Virus record (IMG/VR): IMGVR_UViG_3300020042_013092
Location: 1 to 49,772 of that record
Length of the DNA: 49,772 nt
Source: a virus
Lineage: Duplodnaviria; Caudoviricetes
Direction: 5' to 3' (one strand)
Part shown: positions 10,142-18,819 of the stretch, piece by piece
Position numbering within the stretch: position 1 is the first letter of the stretch
How the letters are laid out: each line of letters opens with the position of its first letter
Position numbers and translations under genes: made by a program
Notes under the pieces: model-generated
Told to the model about the DNA's origin: nothing
Seen by the model: the letters and a program-made list of their open reading frames with translations, nothing else
The model's database searches: none

Positions 10142-10912
10142 ATGACAAACCCTGCAAATTTTGGTTCTTTAGATTCCGTTGGTTTCAACGCTGCTCTTGC
10201 GTTCGGTTTACCTGGACTGGGTGCTTTTGGTGTATCTAAACTTGCTTCAGCTGCGATGGGGCAAGAAGCACAAAAAACTCGTATGGCGGGGGAGAAATTT
10301 TTAAAACCAGGTACTCCTTATATTGATTCAGAAGGGAAAATGAAAATCTGGGGAGGGGATGCTTATGGGCCGCAATCTGTTGAATCTTGGACCAAACTTA
10401 CAGGGGGGCAACCGAACGTAAATATAGAGATGGGTCGAGCCCGTGGAGCATTACCTACACCAAAAAAAGCTCCTCCTTTAAACTTACCTAAAGAACCTCC
10501 CATACCGGGAGGAGGTACTGATTTCTCAGCGGAAGTTGGTAAAGGGCAGAGCATAGAGGACCCTAATCTTGTTGAAATATTAAAAAGTCTAAAAGCTGCG
10601 ATAGATCCTTCTACAGTTTCTCGACTAGAAGATGAAAGATTAAAACGTATACTCACAGCTAATGAGGCTCTTAGCAGAGAGTCCCGTTTAAAAGGTGAAG
10701 AAATATCTAGGCGCCAAGAGTCTCTTAAACGAATAGAGCAGTGGGGGGCTATTGAACAAACACGTCTTACCGCGAACGCTGTGGGCATGGCTAATTTTGC
10801 TCAGGTTGCGTATCTTGCTGGGGTACCAAATGTGAATGTTATAGATGCTATGACAAGAGGAACACAAGCAGCACTAGCACCTCTTCAATTTAAACTTGGG
10901 GTGAGGACTTAA
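10142..10912 (+). CDS. Hypothetical protein, putative internal virion protein
   Basis: N-terminal hydrophobic Gly/Ala segment, RMAG motif, coiled C-terminus. Confidence 0.6.
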   Translation: MTNPANFGSLDSVGFNAALAFGLPGLGAFGVSKLASAAMGQEAQKTRMAGEKFLKPGTPYIDSEGKMKIWGGDAYGPQSVESWTKLTGGQPNVNIEMGRARGALPTPKKAPPLNLPKEPPIPGGGTDFSAEVGKGQSIEDPNLVEILKSLKAAIDPSTVSRLEDERLKRILTANEALSRESRLKGEEISRRQESLKRIEQWGAIEQTRLTANAVGMANFAQVAYLAGVPNVNVIDAMTRGTQAALAPLQFKLGVRT

Positions 10913-10914
10913 AC

Positions 10915-11664
10915 ATGGCCGTACCTATTCTTGCTGCAGTTGGAGGAGGGTTAGCCTCCGGAGCTGCGGGGGGTTTTCTTAATAATTTATTTGGAGGAGG
11001 AGGGAGCAAAAAAAGTAGTAGTAGTGATCCTTTATTAGGTTACGGTTCACCTACGATAATGAGCCCGGATTATGCAGGGCAAGCACAACTTTATTTAGCG
11101 CAAATGGCGCCTTATAACACTCGCTTGAGTATAGAAGCTAGTGATTTGGCTGCTAATAGAGCTACTTACCTAGCAGCTAAAGGGGCTGAGCAACAATTTT
11201 TAGGGCAGGGACAATATGATATTTTTGATGCGTCTAAACAAAAAGATTTAAGTGAGTCTAATTTACGTCTTGGTCTAGCCGGTCAATACGGCAAACTGGC
11301 TGCTGACGTACTAGGCCAAGATGCCTCAACAAAACAAGGTATAGAAGCACTGGCTCCTTATACTGTTGCAAATATGTCTCAGGACTACCTAAAAAATATT
11401 GCTGCAATCGAAGGAGGTATTTTAAGTAAAGAAGGGGACTTATATGGTAATACAGCTACAGGACTGGCTTCAGCTGGTTTAGGTGCCTTACAAAATAAAA
11501 ATCAGGCAGCGCAAGCTTACCTAATGGCAAACCTTAAACAAAGAGAAATGCAAGCTCAAACAGAAAACGATCTTGCAAAAATTCAATCAAACTTCTTGGG
11601 ACAAATGGCGTTAAAGAATCAAGATTCTTCGAGAGCATTTGCAGCTTTTAATGCGTTGGCATGA
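10915..11664 (+). CDS. Putative DNA-pilot/ejection-like protein
   Basis: N-terminus MAVPILAAVGGGLASGAAGGFLNNLFGGGGSKK and an A/Q/L-rich body, a composition typical of pilot/internal proteins. Confidence 0.55.
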   Translation: MAVPILAAVGGGLASGAAGGFLNNLFGGGGSKKSSSSDPLLGYGSPTIMSPDYAGQAQLYLAQMAPYNTRLSIEASDLAANRATYLAAKGAEQQFLGQGQYDIFDASKQKDLSESNLRLGLAGQYGKLAADVLGQDASTKQGIEALAPYTVANMSQDYLKNIAAIEGGILSKEGDLYGNTATGLASAGLGALQNKNQAAQAYLMANLKQREMQAQTENDLAKIQSNFLGQMALKNQDSSRAFAAFNALA

Positions 11665-12191
11665 TTAAAGCAACAATAGGAGATTCGACAACAGTTGCTT
11701 CCTGGCTTACCTCCCTTGAAAAATCTCAAAAAGAAGCTTTTATTTATTATGCGAAGAACTCTACCAGTGAAGTAGAAGCTTACATGTACGCTAGGTTTTT
11801 AACCCCTGGCTATACCGGTAGTATTTCGGATCTTACCGCGTGGGTACAAGAAAAATACCCTAAAGAAGACCTGCGTAAAGTATTACTTCGAGAAATTGAA
11901 GACTTACAAATAGACATTAAAAATGTAAGGGATATGGTTGTGGCGAATATGTTAGACCACGCTACTGCTGCAACTAAAATTTCTGTTCTTCAAAAAGAAC
12001 TGCGGGCACACATTCAAGTTGTTCGCCAGATAAGTGACGGGTTAGATCGAAGAGGTCTATTACTAGCAGGCGCAGATCGTTGTCTTCGCGAATTAATTAA
12101 TACGTTTGACGGGCAACCTACAATTCAATCTTTATTGGAGGACTCCTCCTTATTAGTCTGGTCTACACTGGAGCGTGAAGAAAGGTCTTAA
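11661..12191 (+). CDS. Helical hypothetical protein (possible terminase small subunit)
   Basis: 176 aa with a coiled-coil C-terminal half; the last + strand gene before terL. TerS role is positional inference only. Confidence 0.45.
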   Translation: MIKATIGDSTTVASWLTSLEKSQKEAFIYYAKNSTSEVEAYMYARFLTPGYTGSISDLTAWVQEKYPKEDLRKVLLREIEDLQIDIKNVRDMVVANMLDHATAATKISVLQKELRAHIQVVRQISDGLDRRGLLLAGADRCLRELINTFDGQPTIQSLLEDSSLLVWSTLEREERS

Positions 12192-13267
12192 TTTACTTTC
12201 ACTAATTTATCTGTTATAGATTTTAAAGGGCATCTAAAAATACCATTAAAAGCGTCATTAACACCCAAAGCCATTACTAATTGTTGCTCCTCTACATAAC
12301 CCCCAAAAGGCAGAATGCATGCGGGCTGGAAAGATACTGGATGACCATGCACATTAGTCCATGTAATCAGATGGTCCTCTAGAGAACCAGAAAACAAAGG
12401 TTCTTTAATAACATGTGTAATTTTAGAAAATGTTTCATCAAGAACGTAAGCACTTAAGTGGTATAAAAGGTACATCTTATTGCTGCTTCTCTCTTGCATA
12501 TGCTTCCAGTGGTAAAACACAAGATGTCCCCCATCAATAGGAATAGGAGGCAGAGAGTTAAAAGTAGGAGATTTTTTGGTTACCTCATCTAAAACATCGC
12601 TATTAAGCTCAATAGCTTTATCTTTTTCACATTCAATTTTTATAGGCCGTGTGGAGTAAAGGCAACGAAGTTCTTCCTCATAAGCAAAAAAGCACCAGTT
12701 TTTTTCTGTTTTACCTTTAGTTAAGTTTTCTCCTATGGGAGGGATGGCGGCGTGTACCGCCTCTAGTTGATCATTTACGTAGCAGACAATAACTTTAGGG
12801 GTGTCAAAAAACTTGACTCCTTTTTTGTCGTATTTACTTGCGTAAGTAGAAGCGACAAACTGTACGTACATAGCTCCGTCGGGACCTTCGAATAATCGAG
12901 GGTCTTCGTAGCTCAAACGATGTTTACCTGGTCGTAAGAGTTTGGCCCCAAGAATTGTGCTGTCATCCGCCAGCACACCAATATAAATATCTGTAGGTTT
13001 GTTGTTTAAGTAGAAGTAGTTCATATCCCAACGAAAACCAAACGGTTCTGGCTGAGATCGCCACGCGATGTATGTTGTTCCTTTATGCCTCAAAATACTA
13101 GGACTAAAGTTCGCTACAGAATTATCAGGGTTGCCTTTTGATATGCGAGTAAATTTGCCCCCTAGTTGTTCGGCTTGTGTGTACACATCGGGTATACAGT
13201 TTCCTTGTTTTTTAATAGGGTGTACAACATAGTTGTACATGTGCAAGAAGCGAGCGGAGTTTTGCAT
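12188..13267 (-). CDS. GH130/GH43-like five-bladed beta-propeller (glycoside hydrolase/phosphorylase-like)
   Basis: NFSPSI, SYEDPRLF, EKNWCFF, ILPFGG..., LGVND. Confidence 0.7.
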   Translation of the reverse strand: MQNSARFLHMYNYVVHPIKKQGNCIPDVYTQAEQLGGKFTRISKGNPDNSVANFSPSILRHKGTTYIAWRSQPEPFGFRWDMNYFYLNNKPTDIYIGVLADDSTILGAKLLRPGKHRLSYEDPRLFEGPDGAMYVQFVASTYASKYDKKGVKFFDTPKVIVCYVNDQLEAVHAAIPPIGENLTKGKTEKNWCFFAYEEELRCLYSTRPIKIECEKDKAIELNSDVLDEVTKKSPTFNSLPPIPIDGGHLVFYHWKHMQERSSNKMYLLYHLSAYVLDETFSKITHVIKEPLFSGSLEDHLITWTNVHGHPVSFQPACILPFGGYVEEQQLVMALGVNDAFNGIFRCPLKSITDKLVKVN

Positions 13268-13269
13268 GA

Positions 13270-14442
13270 TCAGTTAACAAGTTCAGTGACAGCTTGAGAG
13301 AATCCGGCGGCAACTGACTCCCACCTGTACTCAGGTTTTTGAGTCACGTTGTAGCAATCTTCCGCTACTTTTGCGTACAGAGCAGGATCTTCATATAACT
13401 GAGTTAGTAGTTTCTCAGCATGATCTACATCAATTAGACCCCTGCCGACCCCTAAATCTTTATCAACAATCCACGTAGATATGTCGATCAGCAAGCCCGC
13501 GTCTTTCCAGATATCTTGACACGATGTGTGGTTTGGAACTACTTGAGGCTTTCGGCAACTGGCGTGTTCAAAACTTACAAGTCCCCAACCTTCGCCATTG
13601 CTTGTATTAATTCCCACATCGCATGCGTTATAAATCAGATTAAGGAGGTCATCTGGCGGCGCACTGATGTAGTTAATATCTTGTGAGGTTAGAACTAAGC
13701 GGTTTGTAGGGTCAGCATCTTTAAGTTTCATTTCCCTTTCGAACAGGGGAATGATATCCCAACCCATATCCTTTGCCCCCATGTGCAAGTACAAAAGCGT
13801 ATCTGGTTTATCCGCCGCAAAAGCAGCAAAAGCCTTAATGGTTAGGTCAATGTTTTTTCTAGGTTGGTTCCGGTTTGCATTTAAAACAATAAATTTATCT
13901 GCGGGAATACCTAAGTTTTTGCGGGCCTCGTCGCTGAGCATGGGCTTGAACTTGGATGTGTCGACACCGTGGGGGAGCACACCTAGACGACTTGGAGCAA
14001 TGCCGTGAGAAAGAATTCTGTGCGCTTGAGGAACAGTAAAGGTTATTGCAAGGTCCCAATGAGGGATATTTCGGAGCATATCCTTTGGGTATGCCTCACT
14101 GTCCGTCGGAAAATAAGCTATAAATTTAAATTTATGCTTTTGTTTAAAGAACTGAATGCATTCCCAAACTTGATTGACAACCCAAATGTCATTTAGACAT
14201 ATAAATATGTCAGGTTTTTCTTTTTCAAAAATTTCGGGTAAGCGAGGGATCCCGAAACGGTCCCCACAATGCATGTTTGCTGCAGGATAAATTTTAAAAG
14301 GGTATTGATGAGGGTCTCCGTTGTAGTTTATTCCTATTACTGAAACCTCATGGTCCTTACTCAGATGTTCTAGTACGCTGTGTGTTACACGGCCAAAACC
14401 TGTGTTAGAACAGGCGTCTCCGTACCAAAGAATTTTTGCCAC
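13270..14442 (-). CDS. Glycosyltransferase family 4 (GT-B)
   Basis: TGFGRVT, PHGVD, NRNQPRKN, YNACDVGINTSNGEGWGLVSFEHA. Confidence 0.9.
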   Translation of the reverse strand: MAKILWYGDACSNTGFGRVTHSVLEHLSKDHEVSVIGINYNGDPHQYPFKIYPAANMHCGDRFGIPRLPEIFEKEKPDIFICLNDIWVVNQVWECIQFFKQKHKFKFIAYFPTDSEAYPKDMLRNIPHWDLAITFTVPQAHRILSHGIAPSRLGVLPHGVDTSKFKPMLSDEARKNLGIPADKFIVLNANRNQPRKNIDLTIKAFAAFAADKPDTLLYLHMGAKDMGWDIIPLFEREMKLKDADPTNRLVLTSQDINYISAPPDDLLNLIYNACDVGINTSNGEGWGLVSFEHASCRKPQVVPNHTSCQDIWKDAGLLIDISTWIVDKDLGVGRGLIDVDHAEKLLTQLYEDPALYAKVAEDCYNVTQKPEYRWESVAAGFSQAVTELVN

Positions 14443-14495
14443 TCTGGGTTGAATCTGAGATAGAGTTACTATAACAATAGTGTCAACTTATTGAT

Positions 14496-16016
14496 ATGCC
14501 AAGTCGTGAAATATTTGCATATCGACGCGGAGTACAACTACGTGCAGTCCGTGCTACTGAAAAAACTACAGACTCACTAGATTCTATTTATGGCAGAGCT
14601 GCAAATGACTTTCACACTTTTTGCACAATTTTGGACAAAGCTCCAGCAAAACATATGCTCGAGTGGCACCGACATCTGATTACAAAAGAATCTAATAAGT
14701 ACTTACTCGACATTGCAGGACCAAATTTAGATATTTTGGCACCTCGCGGGAGTGCAAAATCTACAGTTTTAAACCTTTTTACCGCGTGGACTATAGGTAG
14801 ACACACCACGGCTAAGAGGCCCCTTCAGATTATTTATTGTTCCTACAACATCGCTACAGCAATACCTAAAAGCCGAATCATTAAGCAGATTATTGATTCT
14901 CCTGAGTACCGCAAAACTTTTCCCCGTGTTCAGCTTCGATCGGGTATGCAATCGGACATTGGTTGGTCCATTGATTTTGACTACGCCGAAATCCCTCGTT
15001 TAGGTGACGAAGAATTTACGTTACGTGCTGCTGGTCTGAGGGGATCCATTACGTCAAAACGCGCCCACCTTGTAATTGTGGATGACCCCATCAAGTCGAG
15101 TGCAGACATTAAGAACCCCACGATCCGAGATGAGATGAATACAAACTGGTCTTCAGTTATCTCTCCGATTATTTTTGAAGGAGGGCGAGCCGTTTGTTTG
15201 GGCACACGGTTCCACCCTCTAGACATACATAAAACAATGTTCATACCTCAAAAAGGGTGGAAGCAAGTTACCCAAGAGGCGATTACATACGGGGATAAGG
15301 GGGAGCCGATTAGTTACTGGCCGGAGCAGTGGTCTTCGGAGTACTTGTTAAAACAAAAAGAACTAGACCCAGTCGCTTTTGCTTACCAGTATCAGCAGCA
15401 ACCTGTGATGACCTCAGATTTGGTGGTGTCTCCGGACCTCCTAGTTAAAGGAGAAATCGTAACTGAGTTTGATTCGTTAGCTTTAGGCGTCGATTTGTCT
15501 GCGAGTAAAAACGAAACTAGCGACTACACGGCATTTGTTCTTGGAGGAAGGTTGAAGGACAAGTACTACATAATTGATTCTCACCAGTGTCGCTCGATCG
15601 GTAATCTTGAAAAAATAGATATGTTGTGCGACATGCTGTTGGAGTGGGGCATTTTACAAAATTTAGATGGTAAATTTATACCTACGTACTCGACGATTAC
15701 GTTAGTTGTTGAGTCTGTTGCGTACCAAGCTTCTCTGGCAGCGGACATACGTAGGGTGCTCTTAAACGAGCGAGAATTAAGTAACCTTCACGTTCATGAA
15801 GTTAAAGGTTTTAGAGGAGATAAGATCGCAAGGTTCCGTGGGACTTTAGGTTTACTAGAGAATAAAAAGGTCATTTTCAATAAATATAGAAAGTTTGACG
15901 CTTTGTTTGATCAACTGATTAATGTGGGTGCCACGGCGCACGATGACTTGCTGGATGCGTACACTTGGCTCATAACATACCTGCAGAGAAGGGGAAATTT
16001 TTCAATAGAATTTTGA
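14496..16016 (+). CDS. terL: Terminase large subunit
   Basis: Walker A-like LAPRGSAKST, Walker B LVIVDDP, GTRFH coupling motif, RNase H-like GVDLS...DYTA and HDDLLDA. Confidence 0.92.
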   Translation: MPSREIFAYRRGVQLRAVRATEKTTDSLDSIYGRAANDFHTFCTILDKAPAKHMLEWHRHLITKESNKYLLDIAGPNLDILAPRGSAKSTVLNLFTAWTIGRHTTAKRPLQIIYCSYNIATAIPKSRIIKQIIDSPEYRKTFPRVQLRSGMQSDIGWSIDFDYAEIPRLGDEEFTLRAAGLRGSITSKRAHLVIVDDPIKSSADIKNPTIRDEMNTNWSSVISPIIFEGGRAVCLGTRFHPLDIHKTMFIPQKGWKQVTQEAITYGDKGEPISYWPEQWSSEYLLKQKELDPVAFAYQYQQQPVMTSDLVVSPDLLVKGEIVTEFDSLALGVDLSASKNETSDYTAFVLGGRLKDKYYIIDSHQCRSIGNLEKIDMLCDMLLEWGILQNLDGKFIPTYSTITLVVESVAYQASLAADIRRVLLNERELSNLHVHEVKGFRGDKIARFRGTLGLLENKKVIFNKYRKFDALFDQLINVGATAHDDLLDAYTWLITYLQRRGNFSIEF

Positions 16017-16072
16017 CGCCCCCTGTGGAAATAAGTAGAGTCAGAGAGGTTTCTCGGGTCTCCGAGCTTTAC

Positions 16073-16948
16073 ATGAAAGAAAAAATTTGGGTCGCGATAA
16101 CGGCGCACAAACCGTTAAGCCGTTTAAATAGTCTTGTTAATGTCTTAAACGAGTATTTAAGGTACCCTTTTGATTTAGATGTTAAAATTTATATTGACTA
16201 CGAAAGCCAGGACGACGTTGAACTACTCAACAGTCTGCTTGAGCCTTATAAAAAACTAAGACCTGAGATTGTTGTAGCAGAGCCGGGATACGAAAACTGG
16301 TATTTAACTTGGGCTCATAAAACAGATCTAGCTTTACAAGTTCTTAATAAGAAAGCAGATTTTTATATTTATCAAGAAAATGACATGCTTATAACGCTAG
16401 AAAACTTTTTGTACTGGCATAAATGGCGTCGTGTTTTAGGTAAAAGGGGTTTAGAGCCCGGTTTTATCAGGTATGAGCTGTTGAATGGCTTAAAAATTCC
16501 TTTTGACAACTACTATAAATACTCTTTGACTAAAGAAACCCCTAATGTTTGGTACGACATAGGGTTTACAGTCCCAAAAATATTAGTTGTTGCTTACGAC
16601 GTAGACTTTTTTGTTCAAGTAGCAAACCCTTATTACGGGGCAATGATCCTTAATCAGGAGGATGGGGATAAGTACATACGTTCAGAGAGCTTCGACCCTA
16701 ACTTAAGTTTTCAAAAAGTAGGGGTTAGAAACTGGCCTCTCGCAGACCGAAGTTCTATGGGTTTAGCTTTTGAGGAGCCCCCTGACGGGTTAGAGCACAG
16801 ACGTTGCGTACCTGTGGTGAAGGAAAACGGGGTTTATGTGCCTCATTCTGCTGGTTTATTAAGGCATGATGACACAAAGTATGCTCCTGATTTAGCCCTT
16901 AAACATTCTGACCTTTTAGACTGCTCTCGCATGTTTACCATTGCGTAA
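16073..16948 (+). CDS. Putative glycosyltransferase (GT-A-like)
   Basis: IWVAITAH N-terminal strand, FYIYQENDML (ExD-like), NPYYG. ATG at 16073 preferred over the track start at 15965. Confidence 0.55.
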   Translation: MKEKIWVAITAHKPLSRLNSLVNVLNEYLRYPFDLDVKIYIDYESQDDVELLNSLLEPYKKLRPEIVVAEPGYENWYLTWAHKTDLALQVLNKKADFYIYQENDMLITLENFLYWHKWRRVLGKRGLEPGFIRYELLNGLKIPFDNYYKYSLTKETPNVWYDIGFTVPKILVVAYDVDFFVQVANPYYGAMILNQEDGDKYIRSESFDPNLSFQKVGVRNWPLADRSSMGLAFEEPPDGLEHRRCVPVVKENGVYVPHSAGLLRHDDTKYAPDLALKHSDLLDCSRMFTIA

Positions 16949-16950
16949 AA

Positions 16951-17112
16951 ATGATTTCACGAGGAGCTAATTTTGTTGAAATTTGTTACTGCTTAAATAA
17001 AAAAAATATCTGTCTTGTTGTTCCGCGTGAAGAAGCTTATAGAATCCGAAAGCAATTAGACAAGTTAAATGGAACAATATACAAATTTGAACCGAGAGGC
17101 AATTTGTGTTAA
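16951..17112 (+). CDS. Small hypothetical protein (53 aa, not in ORF track)
   Basis: Manual translation: MISRGANFVEICYCLNKKNICLVVPREEAYRIRKQLDKLNGTIYKFEPRGNLC; fills the gap between neighbouring genes. Confidence 0.5.
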   Translation: MISRGANFVEICYCLNKKNICLVVPREEAYRIRKQLDKLNGTIYKFEPRGNLC

Positions 17113-17305
17113 GCCCGCGTACTACAGCCGTAATGGTTTGGAGTGTTATGACGTGCAACGAGCTTCGATGGGCATCGTCAAGTATCAAGGGTACTTAGAG
17201 GGGTGCGCACAAAAATATTTGTGGAGGTGGGAACAAAAAAACGGAAAAGAGGATTTAAGCAAAGCGGTTGAATACTTGACTAAACTGATTGAAACACTTG
17301 ATTAA
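17069..17305 (+). CDS. DUF3310-family protein
   Basis: PAYY..NGLECYD...GYLEG.AQKYLWRWEQKNGKEDLSKA. Confidence 0.8.
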   Translation: MEQYTNLNREAICVKPAYYSRNGLECYDVQRASMGIVKYQGYLEGCAQKYLWRWEQKNGKEDLSKAVEYLTKLIETLD

Positions 17306-17307
17306 AA

Positions 17308-17589
17308 ATGGACGTCAGAGCTTTTGGGAGTTACTACGGTCAGACTTCTTCGCTCCCTTACGCAAGCGGGTTTAACGTTCCTTCCGGTACGACAAGAAAT
17401 TTTCCCGCTTGTCGAGCTGTTTATGTTGAATCAGCTAACAAAAGTGCAGATAAAACTCTTACAGTTATTTTTACAGATGCCAAAGCACCTGTAACTTTTA
17501 GCCATATTCGAACCGATGTTCTTCTGCCTATTTCAATTACACAAATTAGCGGGACTTCTACTATAGATCAGTGCTATGTTCTTTATTAA
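17308..17589 (+). CDS. Small beta-rich putative structural protein
   Basis: RAVYV...LLPISITQI pattern seen in small phage virion proteins; 3 SG dipeptides. Confidence 0.6.
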   Translation: MDVRAFGSYYGQTSSLPYASGFNVPSGTTRNFPACRAVYVESANKSADKTLTVIFTDAKAPVTFSHIRTDVLLPISITQISGTSTIDQCYVLY

Positions 17590-17591
17590 TC

Positions 17592-17819
17592 ATGTCTGAA
17601 GTAGCTAAAAAGCGAGACCCCGCTAAATGGGCTCAAGCTAAAGCGAGGGCACGTAAAAAACTTGGGGGGCACAGCGCAAGAGCTATGCAGTTAGCAACGA
17701 AATACTATAAAGAAGCAGGAGGGACTTACTCAGGTAAAAAATCCTCTGAAAACAGGTTAAGTAAATGGTCTAAAGAAGACTGGCAAACTCGTGAAGAGTA
17801 CGAAAAACCAAAAAACTAG
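17592..17819 (+). CDS. DUF5872-like protein, N-terminal half
   Basis: HSARAMQLATKYYKEAGGTY...LSKWSKEDWQT; ATG at 17592 preferred. Confidence 0.7.
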   Translation: MSEVAKKRDPAKWAQAKARARKKLGGHSARAMQLATKYYKEAGGTYSGKKSSENRLSKWSKEDWQTREEYEKPKN

Positions 17820-17821
17820 TT

Positions 17822-18250
17822 ATGGAACACTCCAAAGTGGTTAAGCCTCAGTTATTTCTCGAGAAAAAAATTACATCTGTTTCAGATGTATGTCCAACTG
17901 CCACGCTTAACGTTGAAGAAAACGTAAAGAATCGAAATTGGACAATTGATAAGTTTAAGTATGGGCCGCTGAACCCTGATTTTCCTGACCCTGGTTTTTG
18001 GGAGGATAAAGCGGACACGTGGAACACCGATGTCGAACACGCTAAGTCAGCTCTCTGCGGAAACTGCGCAGCTTTTGATCAGTCCCCTGTGATTTGTAAT
18101 TGCATCGTTAAAGGGATTAATGAGGATAAAGCCGCAGACCCAAGAGACGTGCTTGAGCTTGCAAACTTAGGTTATTGCCAACTTTTTAAATTTAAATGCG
18201 CGGCTGAGAGAACTTGTGATGCCTGGTTGCATGGAGGACCTATACAGTAA
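17822..18250 (+). CDS. Cys-rich phage protein with HiPIP-like cysteine spacing
   Basis: CPTAT...CGNCAAF...GYCQLF...CAAERTCDAW. Confidence 0.7.
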   Translation: MEHSKVVKPQLFLEKKITSVSDVCPTATLNVEENVKNRNWTIDKFKYGPLNPDFPDPGFWEDKADTWNTDVEHAKSALCGNCAAFDQSPVICNCIVKGINEDKAADPRDVLELANLGYCQLFKFKCAAERTCDAWLHGGPIQ

Positions 18251-18465
18251 TGGCCGATTTAGCTCGTGAGGGAGGAAGGACAGAGCGCTATTTACCTCGC
18301 TCTGCTTGGGCTCAACTTAGTCCTGAGGAGAGGCGAGCTACTGATGAAAAGAAAAAACGGGCTACCTCAGGGGATAAGCCCGTGAATACACAAGTTGCTA
18401 ATACAGAAAAAGCTAAAGAAGCACGTCGTAGAGCTAGCAAGTATCTTAGTAATAGGAAAAAATAA
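18250..18465 (+). CDS. DUF5872-like protein, C-terminal half
   Basis: TERYLPRSAWAQLSPEERRATDEKKK...VANTEKAKEAR. Confidence 0.7.
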   Translation: MADLAREGGRTERYLPRSAWAQLSPEERRATDEKKKRATSGDKPVNTQVANTEKAKEARRRASKYLSNRKK

Positions 18466-18470
18466 GGTTC

Positions 18471-18788
18471 ATGGATTATTTTGCTCGCAATTCCAATTTT
18501 TTTACTAATGCTCTAGGTGCGCAGGAAAGAGCAGCTCGTGCTCAAACTCAAGCCCAAAGGCCAGAGATGGCATCTGATCAATATACGGCTCAACTGGATC
18601 AACTTGGATCTCAAGGACCAATTCCTCCTCAGTACGGTTTTTATGGAGTTGAAAATGAATCAGAAAACCACACTGGTACAGTTCCTCTTGATATAAAGGA
18701 GGATCTTTTAAATCGAGCGAAAGCTAAGCAACGTGGGGTTAACGGAACCTTTAAGTTCTTAGCCGGCGGTGGAATTCTTCAGAAATAG
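18471..18788 (+). CDS. Hypothetical protein
   Basis: 105-aa Q/A-rich ORF in the operon. Confidence 0.65.
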   Translation: MDYFARNSNFFTNALGAQERAARAQTQAQRPEMASDQYTAQLDQLGSQGPIPPQYGFYGVENESENHTGTVPLDIKEDLLNRAKAKQRGVNGTFKFLAGGGILQK

Positions 18789-18819
18789 AGGTAGTATGCT
18801 GTCAGCCTAATTAGCTGAC

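Noticed and set aside
14496-16016. Intein or intron in the terminase
   Set aside because: Normal length (506 aa), contiguous motifs, no intein C...HN signature.
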